A DNA stretch of 64,000 bases from contig NC_042998.1 in NCBI RefSeq assembly GCF_006345805.1, positions 79,112,001 through 79,176,000 of the forward strand, given 5' to 3'. Under the pieces are notes generated by a model. That model had not been told where the DNA came from, did not search any database, and was given only the letters and a program-made list of their open reading frames with translations. Each line of letters begins with the position of its first letter. Within the stretch, counting starts at the first letter, position 1. Origin of the DNA: Octopus sinensis. Its lineage: Eukaryota. The translations under genes and the position numbers were made by a program. This document shows positions 1 through 12,019 of this stretch, one piece after another.

Positions 1-519
1 AGAAGATGAATGTATCCATAATAATGTAGATGTAATTTCCTGATATATGAGAAAAAGATGTTGATCACACATCTATTCATTTCACAAACTAAGTTGTTGC
101 TGGATGGATTTACCTTTTCTGAGAAGCTAACAATCTTTTAAAAAACTTTTATAAAACTGTGCATCATTAGAAAACATTTTAAGTCTGCTTACAACCTAAC
201 TTTGCTTTTCATAGAACTGTCTTCGATACTTCATGAGTGTAGCCTCACTCCCTAGGATGTTTAGAAAACTCATGTGTTTTGGCTGATGAATAAGGGACAC
301 TTGTATTTACTGCAATATTTGCAGCTTTAAATAAATCTGTTCTTCGTATGAAACAATTGTACTGAACAACTAATCCATTCTTGTTGCTTTTTTCCTGTTT
401 ATAATCACCCCACATTATTTTATGGTTAATACCATAAAGATTTCTGGTGCATCTAAGTTAAGTACCGCATTCATTTGAATTCATTGGAATTCATTTGAAT
501 CTTAATTGTTTTACTGAAA

Positions 520-521
520 TG

Positions 522-570
<49 letters not shown>

Positions 571-756
571 GTATATATATGTATATATACATGTATATAT
601 GTATTATTTGTATATATATATGTATATGTATATTGTGAGTCCAAACCATCGGTTAGGGCTCGTGGCGCAATGGATAACGTGTCTGACTACGGATCAGAAG
701 ATTCCAGGTTCGTATCCTGGGGAGCTCGCATATGTATGTATATATATATATGTATG

Positions 757-787
<31 letters not shown>

Positions 788-920
788 ATATATATATGTA
801 TGTATATATATATGTATGTCTGTATATATATATATATATATATATGTGTTTATATATATATCAATATATGTATATATATATATATGTATATATGTATGTA
901 TATATATATGTATATATGTG

Positions 921-980
<60 letters not shown>

Positions 981-982
981 CA
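520..982. repeat. (TA)n/(TATG)n/(CA)n microsatellite block interrupted by a tRNA gene
   Basis: Directly visible simple repeats at about 520-632 and 729-982; they generate the YIYI/THTH ORFs. Confidence 0.95.
656..728 (+). tRNA. tRNA-Arg(ACG): tRNA-Arg(ACG), variant or probable pseudogene
   Basis: 73 nt GGGCTCGTGGCGCAATGGATAAC...TCTGA-CT-ACG-GA-TCAGA...CCAGG-TTCGTAT-CCTGG-GGAGCTCG, closely matching metazoan tRNA-Arg(ACG). Defects: G7:G66 mismatch, A58>T in the T-loop (B box), no downstream oligo-T terminator. Confidence 0.85.
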
Positions 983-1267
983 GATTATATATAGATTAAT
1001 ATAGTTTAACTGTCACCCTATAGTTAATCTATATTTAGAAATACTTAATATTCAATTTTATTTATTCTTTCCAATTATGAATGTTTAATAATTGAATGTT
1101 GTGAGTTAAAAATCACCGTTTTTTTCTACAACATCTGTCTTTGTAAAATAATTTTTTGTTTTAATCTTGGAATTAAATGGGTTTTTTTTTACTGTCAGGT
1201 GACTTTTGGCCAACCCCGTATATATGTTTGTGTGTCTGTGTGTACGAGTTTGTCTGTGTATACATAC

Positions 1268-1545
1268 AGGTAGTTGGGGTGTTGCACTCATGATTGCAAT
1301 ATCATGGTTTCAGTTCCTAGTTCGGGTGGCACGTTGTGTTCTGGAGTGAAACACTTCCTCCCAAATTGCTCTGCAATCACTTCAACACCTGATGCATGAC
1401 ATACCGTGCATCTCTTCAGGCAACATAAATTTGATGGAGAACAGTGAGCTAATGTACAGCACATACTCTTGATCACTATAAACAGATCATTTGTGCAGGT
1501 CATTTGACAATAAAGTTCATATGTCATCTTCGATGGGAGAGTCCA
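1268..1545 (+). mobile_element. Decayed tRNA-derived SINE (family D)
   Basis: A-box/B-box-like head (GGTAGTTGGGGTG...GGTTTCAGTTCC) followed by a CORE-like GTGTTCTGGAGTGAAACACTT segment; old copy. Confidence 0.5.
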
Positions 1546-2184
1546 TCATATGCAGATATATATTCACACATAAAGACAGATATAAACATTCTTATGTATA
1601 TGTGCTCATGTCTTTATACACCAAAATACAAAATATTCCTTTCTTGCACACTCACGTATATATTACACTGGACTGAAATTCAACTTCACTGAAATATAAT
1701 AATGAACCATAGCAATTTCAGTTATCCACTGGGCATTCAATAATTAGATGTTTTCCTATGTTATGCGACCCTAACATATATATATATAATGTTGACAAAC
1801 CATCAAACTGGAAACAGCTGCTCCAACAATTTACTGAAATATTTTGCAAAGTTGGAGGGTTGGTGAAACTCATGCAATACCAGGTGTAAATTGAAGCTGA
1901 TACTGTTGCAGATAACATTGTAATTACATGAATAATGGTAATAAACTGTCACTAAAGAGATGACATGGAAATTTTCCAGAGACTTCCATTACATATTATG
2001 CACAAGTTTGACATTGGCACAACCTTTATACTACAAAAATCTATAAAATAGCTAATATGAAGCAGAATATGAGTGTGGAACCCAAGGATAATTTTTCTCT
2101 AACAATGCAGGCCAGCAGTTATCCAGAATTAAGGAGAAATCATTGATAGATAATTTTAATAATGATGATGACAACAACAACAAT

Positions 2185-2420
2185 TTGGCCAGAAATTTGA
2201 GAAAAATCAGTGACATGTAAATAAATGTCATCTGTTATAATAAGAGAAGGAACAACACCGAAATATTTAATTAAGAAATTGAAAGAAGTTGGAATTTAAA
2301 TTTAGAAAATGGAATTGCCAATAACTGCCGTCCTTTATTCTGCAAGAATCCTTTGCAAAATCTAAAGAGTTGAGGAAATTGTTTAGCCAAAACTCAAGCC
2401 ATAACTTCATTAATGTGATC
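2185..2420 (+). mobile_element. R4/Dong-like non-LTR retrotransposon, 3' end relic
   Basis: Broken translation SVIIREGTTPKYLIKKLKEVGI..MELPITAVLYSARILCKI resembles the REL-domain C-terminus (PVIIGALG...LQKxALLxSARILRK); the same motif occurs at 38345-38750. Confidence 0.5.
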
Positions 2421-3367
2421 AATGGAAAATTTTACCTGTGTTTCTCTGTAACATCCATGATATGACTAGAAAACTAGAGAAAGAGGGTTAACAAACGTTT
2501 GCTGATGTGTAATAAAAAGAATTTTCATAACATATAAGCAGATTATTATTCCTTTAAGTAGTATCTAGCACTGAGATTCTATAAAGCACAATTAAAATGG
2601 AAACCAAATACAAAAAAAAATATTTGAGAGAGAGAGAAACAAAATGTAAAGGCAAGTGAATCCTAGAACTGATTATTGAAAGATGTGAAGGAAGAAATAA
2701 TCTGATGGCTACCCAAAAACATGCATTTAATACAAACTTGCTTAAGAAAGAGAACAGGGGTCCTGCCAGAAAGTAAGATCTTTCATCACTTTATAAAACA
2801 TGAATTTATCTTATGTTAGGAATTTGATTAATTGTTTGAGAAACTGTAAAATGTTGAATTGGTGGGAAGAAGACAGAGTCCCTCTTGGTTAGCAGCTGAA
2901 AATTATAGTCAAGAAGCAATTTTAAAAAAAGCATTAATGCTCTTGGAACAGAAGACCTGATACTATGGTTGATGATACAGAATCGCAAGCATATCTTACA
3001 ATACGCTGTCAGTTTTTTTTACAAAGGCCACAATGTTACCCTTAAGGAATAATTCTTAAATTGATGGTTTTTGATTAGAGCCCTCACATAATGAAATATA
3101 ATACCAATTAAGTTAATTTCTTAAAAACAAGCAGAAACAATTCTAAATACTAGTTTTTTAAAGAAGTCTACATTTACATTGGTTGATATGGCTTACTATT
3201 GTTAGGGAAGTACTTTCTGTTTAAATCTTCAGATTTGCTGCAAAGAAACCTATTCATTTTCCAGTATATATACTGTTCATACAAAGAGCAAAAAAAAAAA
3301 ACTATTATGGTTTGTTGTTGCTATTATAATTATCATTATTGTTGTTGTTGTTGTTGTTGTTGTTGAT

Positions 3368-3585
3368 AAGGTGTTGAGCTAGTATTATTGTTGAAGTATT
3401 GGACAAAATTCTTTGTGGTATTTCTTCCTACTCATTATGTTCTGAGTTTGAATTCTGCCAAGGTTGACTTTATTTTCTATACTTTCAGGGTTGATTGAAT
3501 AAACACCAGTGAAACACTGGAGTCAATATAATTAACTTGTCCTGCTTCCTCAAAACTGTTGGCCTTCTGCCAAAATTTGAAAGAA
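3368..3585 (+). mobile_element. Decayed SINE family B (tail type 2)
   Basis: Aligns by eye to 8701-8930 (TTCTGAGTTTGAATTCTGCCAAGGTTGACTTT...) and ends GGCCTTCTGCCAAAATTTGAAA. Confidence 0.75.
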
Positions 3586-6500
3586 TTATTGAGTTCAAAT
3601 ACTACAATGTTCAACTCAGCCTCTCATCATTCCAATGTTGATAAAATAAGTCATGTATCCCCATCTCTTCTTAGAATTGTTGACTTTGTGGTCTAAATCA
3701 GAAGCAATCATTATCATCGTCTAGGATGATATGAAACAGGATTGGTAGAATGACAGACAAAATAATTTGTTCAGTATCAAGTCCTTTTTTTTTTTTGCTT
3801 TCATTTATCCACAATCAATGTTGTGAGTATTAAATGAGCACTGGTATTGATTTAATTGATTATACCCCTCCCTCAAATTATATTCCCTTGTGACAAAGTT
3901 AGAAATCATTATTATTGTTGTTATCATTAAAATATTTCTCTTTAAAGAATGCACTAGTGCCACTCTTGCCCACACAGTTATTTTAAAAGATTCTTGGCAT
4001 ACTTCAAATGTTACCTCCTCTGTATCAAGTAAATCCACTTACCAAACAGAACTACCATTAAGTTTTCATCAATGTTTCCAAATAGTTTGTGCAGTGGAAT
4101 AGTGAGGCAGAAATGGTTAAGTACCATCACCACCACTACCAGATGGTAATTTTTTCCATCCTTCATCAGTACAACTTCATTTGTATCTTTTACTCATACA
4201 TAGATATAAGAGACTAGCAACCAGATACACTGACCCCCACCCCATAAGAGGCAAGAATTCAACATATTCAGATTATAAATTAATGTTCTAAAAGTTTAGC
4301 ACAAATGTAACTATACAGTTACTGTTGCCTAAAAACCCAATCATAGAACCTGTTTTTTTTTTTTTGTTTGTTAGAAATAAATTTCTCTTTCATTGAATAA
4401 ATTTCTCTTTTATTGAATAAATTTCTAGAATTAAAAGAGAAATTTACAGGCCAGTATAGAATACATCGATGAGCAGCAATATAAGATCAGAAGTAAAAAA
4501 AAAAAATCTAATGAGGCTCTTTTTCTCACTACTCTCTCCCAAATACCTTGCAATGACATTATAACAGGATTTATATTGCATTTATTTTCTGTGTATTTGT
4601 ATGAGAGTGTATGTTTGTATATATCAATACTGTATGACTGCACCATTGTAACTTGTTCTGAAAATATTTTAAGTTGCCCTTCCACCGTCTGATCCTTCTT
4701 TTCTGTTTCGCTATGAGATAGTATACATGCAAAATACGCACATATACATAAATACACAATTATTTCTTTTAAGTTTCCTTCATCTACAGAATTTCACACC
4801 TGACATGTCCATCATGCAACAATTTAATTCATATATTACATGTCACATGTTCTCCAGTTCAAATGTCATTGGTCAGTTTATGTGGTCATGTGGTCAGTGG
4901 TGGTGACTTCACTAGTGGAAATATAGGTCTATTTCCAATGAACTAACACTGGCATAATTTGAAATGAAAGTTATTCAACTTAAAGGAATTACTTCTTTGA
5001 ATAAGAAGAATAAAAGAAAGAACACCTTTAAGCTAGGTAAATTCAAAGTATACAAAGGAGAAAAAAAAATTCAAAAAGCATAACTTTATCAAAGCTTTCC
5101 TGACTCAAGAAAAGCCTGAACAATAAAAAAGGAATATGATAAATGCAGGCTTTGCAGATTACTTTATTCAAGAAAAAAAAAAAAAAATTTGAGACCACTG
5201 TGTCTGCTTTTGTCCTGGCTTTTATGAAAATTTAGGAAGTTCCAGCTTCTTTGCGAAGCTATTAATATAACTCAAAACAAACAGTTGTGGCATGCTTTCA
5301 TTTATTGCATGTGTACTTGCTTGTAATTATGCATTTGTGTGTGGCAGCGACTTGCATGTCAATCAACCAACAAACATGTGTGAGTAAGTAGATCTCACTC
5401 CATAGTCAGTGTCTTCCACAAAATCACTCAGTTCTATGTCTTGCAGAGGTGCGGTCCTTAAGTGGTTGGTTGAGGCTGCTGGATTACTTACTATCACATA
5501 GGTCTCTGGTTCAAAACTTGATTTAGTTATTGAATTGTGTTTCTAAGACATGTGTGTGTGTGCATGTGTGTGTGCATGTATGTGTGTGTGTATGAATGTG
5601 TATATATATATATATGTGTGTGTGTATGTACACACACATGCAAGGGACTTTTGTAACCAACATTCTATTCCATATGCCTCAGTCTACCTCGATCAATAAA
5701 AATATTCAAAAATATAGGTTATAATTGTACCTCCTTTTTCAGACACTGTTGTTAAGAATGGATCTATTCATTCCCTAAAACTAAACATACTTGCGCCAAT
5801 AAATCATGCTTGTCTCCACATTCTCACATTCTCTCTCAACACGATCTTTGATTTTGATCAGATGTATTTTCCTATGTATTTTTAAAACAAACTTTTAACA
5901 AAACAAGACAATCGACTACATTTCAGGAAAGATTGAAAAAAAAAAAAAGAGAGAGAGAAAAATGAAAAATACTTTCAAACTAGAGATGGGAGATCAAAGA
6001 AAAAAAATGAGAGAGAAACAAAAATGAAAAAACATGAAGCTAAATTTTTAATTTTGTTTATGTGTTGGCTGTCACTGCTGTTGTGAATGGGTTAAGTTGA
6101 AGAAGTAATAATTTTAAATCACATGACACTTCTCATTTCTTTGTGAACATATGTATTATTTATAACAAACTACAAAATATTACAGTTTGGTATTCTCTGA
6201 CCAGATTCTAGCATGTTCATATTTCTCTACAGGTTCCACCTTCTGCAATGTCTTTTCAGTTGAGTTATATATTTCTCAAGTAGTTTGGGTTTTTCAGACT
6301 TAACTGCAGATATTTTGTTTCCATTTTTACAGTATGTTTAGATTGGTGTATAATGAAATTACTTGAAATTATATTTCTATATACACAACATTTTACATAA
6401 ATACATATCCTTTCTCTGAGTTTCAGCTCAGAACATAATTTTAATGCAGTTTACTACTGTAGCAAAGTTGCTATGAATGTTGGAATACCAATGTTGAAAT

Positions 6501-7791
6501 AAAATCTCTGAGTTCAAACTTAGTTAAAGGAATAAGTATATCTATAGAAATAGGGGCAACAAAAGAAAAATCAGAGAATATATCAATTAAAACATGAGGT
6601 AGAAAATAGAAACACAAAAGCAGTCTGTGATTAAAAGTCTGAAAAGCTTAAACCATTCTTTAATTTTTATTCTGTCAACAAAACTTTGCTAAAACATTTG
6701 ATTTGAAATATTGTATTTGTGTGTACATATCAGTGTATGTATTTCTGTGTGCTTGCATATTTGTACAGATATTTTGATGTGAAACCAACTTACATTAAAG
6801 CGTCAGTAATGGCTAGACTCTATACTGCATCAGAGCAGATCAAAAGATATTCAGTACAGGAGAAAACAGCTAGATTTTCATTAACCATTCCAATACCTAA
6901 AACGCAACTGGTAACAGATTAAACTATGTAACTTTCATAATAATAATATTTATGTATCCAAGTCAACATGAGTAAATGATAAAGCTAAGAAATAAAAATG
7001 TTACTGCTTATATGATTTAGAGAAAGTTTTTTTCCTATCACAAAAAGTAACATTCCTGCAGGTTTGTTATGGTTATTTGGTAAAAGTATTATTATCCTTG
7101 TGGTGACTACACTTGACTTGTATGAATATTAAAGTATTAAAATCTGTCACAACCAAAATCGACTGAAAAAGCTAAGACGTGCTTAAGCCACTTTGGTATA
7201 AGAAACAGAATGTTTTAGTACATGATATTCACATTTAGTTGTCAATTATTTTTTTTTGGTACCTGTAGATGTGGCCTGTAAAATAATGAAGTCATTTTCA
7301 TCTGTGTTTTTAAGACATGGACAGCATCAAACAGAGCCATCTGTTATAATGGACTTGAAAGATTTAATGAATGATAAAACATTTTTCTTCAATAGAATAT
7401 ATGGACACAAACATAAACATGTACACACATACATATATATGGTTGATGTTAAATCAAAATGCTGTGTGCGATGAGAGGATTGACGAAAAGAAAAGAAAAG
7501 AAAAAAAGAGAATTTTTGATATGATTTACAGTTCAAAAGGTTATTTCTTGCAGGCAATTAAGGACTGTAAAAAGAGACAATGAAGTTTAAAATGTTGAAC
7601 GAAATGTTCTAGTATATGAACACACTGTTCAAGAGTTCACACCATACAAAAGAGTCAATTTTGCATTTAATTCTTCTGCAATCAATAAAATAAATATAAA
7701 AATTATATATGTGTTGGTGGAGTTGACTATTAATCATATATTAATGAATACATGTACATGCATGAAATTTACACACACACACACACACATG

Positions 7792-7827
<36 letters not shown>

Positions 7828-7873
7828 TAAACAAGCATGCACATTTTCTGTGATGATTTGATAACGATAACAT

Positions 7874-8137
7874 TTTATGAGCTTAAAGCTTTTAAGCAAT
7901 CATCATGTATTGACTATAGAAAATAGTCTAATATTAAAGCCCCGGTGGAAAAATTTTTTCCATATGTGTGGGATTCAAACCCACAGTATGTTTCCATGAC
8001 AAGTGTACTACCATTACACCAACATACCCACACATACAGAAAACCAACTTTTTCCTTCAAAGGCTTATATGCCCCAATATTAGACTATTTTCTTTAGTCA
8101 ATACTCAATGATCAGTTGTGAGCCTTAAGCTTATAAA
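7874..8137. mobile_element. MITE-like foldback element with a central tRNA-like segment
   Basis: About 60-bp imperfect inverted arms (7874-7935 and 8076-8137, including GTATTGACTATAGAAAATAGTCTAATATT / AATATTAGACTATTTTCTTTAGTCAATAC). The minus-strand centre reads TGGTGTAATGG...GGTTTGAATCCCAC. Confidence 0.7.
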
Positions 8138-8169
8138 TTATTATTAATAGACATATAAATTTCATATAT

Positions 8170-8365
8170 TCTTTTATTCTTTTACTTGTTTCAGTCATCT
8201 GACTGTGGCCATGCTGAAGAACTGCCTTTAAGTTGAATGAATCAATCCCAGGACTTATTCTTTGTAAGCCTAGTACTTATTCTATCAGTCTCTTTTGCCG
8301 AATCATTAAGTTATGGGGAAATAAACACACCAACATCGATTGTCAAGTGATGGTGGGGGAGGAGA
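8170..8365 (-). mobile_element. SINE family A, 3' half
   Basis: Reverse complement of the body and tail seen at 45760-45945 (CAGCATGGCCACAGTC..TGACTGAAACAAGTAAAAG). Confidence 0.85.
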
Positions 8366-8417
8366 AAATACAAACAAATACATAAATATATATACATACA
8401 CATACATACATATATAT

Positions 8418-8459
<42 letters not shown>

Positions 8460-8700
8460 GATATATATACATACATATATATATACATACATATATATAC
8501 ATACTTATATATATATACACATATATATATATATACACACACATATATATATATATACACACATATATACACATACATACATATATATATATATACACAT
8601 ACATATATACACACATACATACATATCTATATACACACATACATACATATATATATATACACACATACATACATATATATATATATACACACATATTTAA

Positions 8701-8930
8701 GGCGGCGAGCTGGCAGAACCGTTAGCACGCCGGGCGAAATGCGTAGCCATATTTCGTCTACCGTTACGTTCCGAGTTCAAATTCCGCCGAGGTCGACTTT
8801 GCCTTTCATCCTTTCGGGGTCGATAGATTAAGTACTAGTTACGCACTAGGGTCGATATAATCGACTTAAATTCGTTTGTCTGTTCTTGTTTGTCCCCTCT
8901 ATGTTTAGCCCCTTGTGGGTAGTAAAGAAA
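8701..8930 (+). mobile_element. Full-length tRNA-derived SINE family B (tail type 1)
   Basis: Head GGCGGCGAGCTGGCAGAACCGTTAG, B box GAGTTCAAATTC, central GCCTTTCATCCTTTCGGGGTCGATA (Meta-domain-like, from memory), tail GCCCCTTGTGGGTAGTAAAGAAA. More than 10 related copies in the window. Confidence 0.9.
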
Positions 8931-9212
8931 CATATATATGTATATACACACATACATATATATATGTATATACACACATACATATATATATACACACACA
9001 CATATATATATACACACACACATATATATATATACACACACACACACATATATATATACACACACACACATATATACACACACACACACATATATATACA
9101 CACACACACACACACGTATATATACACACACACACACACACATATATACACACACACACATATACACACACATATACACACACAAATATATATACATATA
9201 TATATATATATA

Positions 9213-9758
9213 TTAGCTGCCCCCTTGTTATCGCGTATGGCCATTGCACGAAGATTAATCAATGTTGTTATCATGCAATGCCTGTGCAAGAAGATTTTTT
9301 TTTAAAGTGAGGAAAGGCTGTGCACTGAGTCAATCCCACTCTCTAAGCAACAACAACCATAATTCGAAAAGAAGAACAAGTCAACATCATCGGTAACCAC
9401 TGAGCTGCAGGTTTTATGTCGGAGTTATCCCAGTTACCTGAGTTACCTTCTCCTAGACGGATGCCCTAACAAAGGCTAGGAGTCCTTCACTCCCAATGGT
9501 TTAACCGCGCAATTGGGTATTCAGTCAGATTATTTCTATGTTCCCGCACATGATACATCCTTAAGATATTTATTGGATGGCCATTGACTCTCAAGAGTTC
9601 CTCCGCCCTTTGACAGGTTTTGTTTTTCATCCCACAGGGTGTCCAATAAACACCAAAGCAAGCTTGGTGGGGTTGCCGGTTTAGTCGCCGATGACCCGAC
9701 CATGCAATAGGTTGTTCTGGGTTATATGTTACAAGTAGCACTCGAAAGTGACCTGACA
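9213..9758 (-). mobile_element. Non-coding repeat with an RTE-5'UTR-like leader
   Basis: The 5' part is homologous to 46150-46280 (-) and 63736-64000 (+) (GGTCACT..GAGTGCTAC..CATGGTCGGGTCRTCGG..ACCTGTCAAA). It contains TAGGAGAAGGTAACTC, typical of RTE 5'UTRs, and sits in (TA)n. Confidence 0.6.
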
Positions 9759-9903
9759 TATATATATACACACATACATACATACATACATATATATATA
9801 CATACATACATATATGCATACACACATACATACATACACACATACATACATATATATGCACATACACACATACATACGTGTATATATATATATACACACA
9901 CAT

Positions 9904-9953
<50 letters not shown>

Positions 9954-9978
9954 GTGTATATATATATATATACATATG

Positions 9979-10012
<34 letters not shown>

Positions 10013-10016
10013 ACAA

Positions 10017-10320
10017 CAAGCTTCTTTCAGTTTCCATCTACCAAATCCACTCTCAAGGCTTTGGCTGGCCCGAGGCTAAAGTAGAAGGCACTTGCCCAAG
10101 GTGCCATGCGGTGGGACTAAACCCAGAACCATGTGGTTGGGAAGCAAGCTTCTTACCACAGCCTTTAAGAATTTTTTGTTGAATAAATCAACCCCAGTAC
10201 TTATTTTTTAAAGCCTGGTACTTATTTTGTCAATCCCTTTTGCTGAACTGCTATGTTACAAGATCATAAACACATCAACACCAGTTGTCAAGGTGGGTGG
10301 TAGGCACAAACAGACACAAA
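10017..10320 (-). mobile_element. SINE family A pieces (head 10017-10162, 3' half about 10170-10320)
   Basis: Match the reverse complement of the family A head (GGCTGTGGTAAGAAGCTTGCTTCCCAACCACATGGTTCTGGGTTTAGTCCC) and body. Confidence 0.85.
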
Positions 10321-10368
10321 GACATATGTACATACATTATATATATATATAAATATATATACATATAC

Positions 10369-10402
<34 letters not shown>

Positions 10403-10942
10403 GACTGGCATCTGTGCTAGCAGGGTGCAAAGAGCACCATACAAGTGAGATCGTTGACAGAGTGATTAACCGGCTTCTGTGCCAGCGGCACATAAAAGGC
10501 ACTATTTGTGTGTGAGTGTTACCAGCTCCACCTAACTGGCACTTGTGCCCCATGCTAGTAGGGTGCTAAGAGCACCATCTGAGCATGATCGTTGCCAGAG
10601 CGGCTAACTGGCTTCTGAGCTAGTGGCACATAAAAGGCATCATTCAAGTGTGATCATTACCAGCATCAACTTACTGGCATCTGTGCCAGTGGCATGTGTA
10701 AAAAGATTCGAGCGAGGTCGTTGCCAGTACCGTCTGACTGGCCCCTATGCCGGTGGCACATAAAAGCACCCAACTACACTCTCGGAGTGGTTGGTGTCAG
10801 GAAGGGCATCCAGCTGTAGAAACTCTGCCGGATCAAGATTGGAGCCTGGTGCAGCCATCTGTTTCTCCAGCCCTCAGTCAAATCATCCAACCCATAACAT
10901 CCACATGGAAAGTGGATGTTAAACTATGATGATGATGATGAT
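10403..10942 (+). mobile_element. SINE 3' region with about 60-70 bp internal tandem units and an RTE-derived tail
   Basis: Repeated ACTGGC..TGTGCC.GTGGCACATAAAAG units, then GGTTGGTGTCAGGAAGGGCATCCAGCTGTAGAAAC and ATGGAAAGTGGATGTTAAACTATGATGATG, typical of RTE-mobilised SINE tails. Confidence 0.7.
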
Positions 10943-10954
10943 ATATATATATGT

Positions 10955-11640
10955 ATGATAATAAATGTGAAATTCTGTTTGTCCATCCATCCAGGACCCT
11001 AGTATCTCAGTCTACATTTGCTCTACATAGAAATATTATACCTTTTTGGAATCAGGTTGAGCCCAGGATTGAAAACCTGCTCTTCATTTGTTTCTTGAAC
11101 ATCCAGCATTGGGATCAGATTTGGATGAGGATTTGTTATATGTTAGTAGTTGAAAATTCAGATCTTAAAAGAACTCAAAAAATTTGTGAACTTACAAGTT
11201 TTCCATTTAAAATGAATTTAAAGTAATACCAAAACATTGTTAATTTGAGAAATATTTTCAATTCAGTTCATGAAAAATCTGGATCCTCCAAAGCTGTGCA
11301 ATGGTACAAGACTAATTTTCAGGCAAATGCAACCACATCTTTTGGAAGCAACAATCCTCACTAGACAAGGAAAGGGAGAAAATGTGTTTATTTCAAGAAT
11401 TTCACTGATTCCAGCAGATGTGCCCTTTGAATTTAAGAGACTTCAGTTTCCAGTAATTTACAAGAGTCAAGGACAATCACAGAAAATTGTTGGACTTCAC
11501 CTCATGCAGCTGTGCTTTTCCCATGGTCAGTTCTATGTTGGTTGTTCCAGAGTTGGAAATGGCAACAATCTTTTCATACTCACACAAAATGGTAAAACCA
11601 AGAATGTTGTTTATTTCCCTGCTTTACAGTTATCTCCTAA
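10955..11640 (+). mobile_element. Internally deleted Helitron with a Pif1 helicase C-terminal fragment (ORF 11270-11701)
   Basis: NLDPPKLCNGTRL...IPADVPFEFKRLQFPV..KSQGQS...FSHGQFYVGCSRV...TKNVVY is the Helitron RepHel end; the RLAFAMT motif is deleted. Upstream ATAATAAATGTGAAATTCTGTTTGTC resembles a Helitron 5' end. No 3' CTAG was seen. Confidence 0.85.
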
Positions 11641-12019
11641 TGTCACTGTGATACAAAATTCTCCAAATGTCATACTTTGTGATATAAATCTGAGACGGTA
11701 GGGTACCAATAAATGCGTTATTATTAGTTCCCTCTTTAGTTTTGGGCAGGAGTTAGCTTAAAAGCTGCCCTCCATGCAGACTTTTAAGAGAGTATATATT
11801 TATTTATATATATATATATATATGCAAACAATTATATGCATATACCTGCAAAAATTTATATACAAACACATGCATACAAATGTGTGTATGTATATATATA
11901 TATATATATATATATACATCCATATGTATATATGCACGCACATGCACACACACACATACGCTTATACTCTTTAACTAATTTCAGCTGAAGGGTTGCAGCC
12001 ATGCTGGGGCATTGTTGTT

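Noticed and set aside
1-460. Minus-strand coding-like stretch (MWGDYKQEK...)
   Set aside because: It has several in-frame stops and no recognisable domain, so it cannot be assigned.
523-1004. Long Y/I/V/C/H/T-rich ORFs here and at about 8.3-10.2 kb, 16.2-16.6 kb, 45.4-46 kb and 59.9-61.2 kb
   Set aside because: They are translations of stop-free (TA)n/(CA)n/(TATG)n/(AGAT)n microsatellites, not genes.
1790-1930. LLQQFTEIF..GGLVKLMQYQV, resembling a Gypsy pol linker
   Set aside because: Too short, with no adjacent RT or LTR evidence.
10403-10780. Regularly spaced repeats that superficially resemble a CRISPR array
   Set aside because: The units are wholly repeated with no unique spacers, the context is a eukaryotic SINE, and there are no cas genes.
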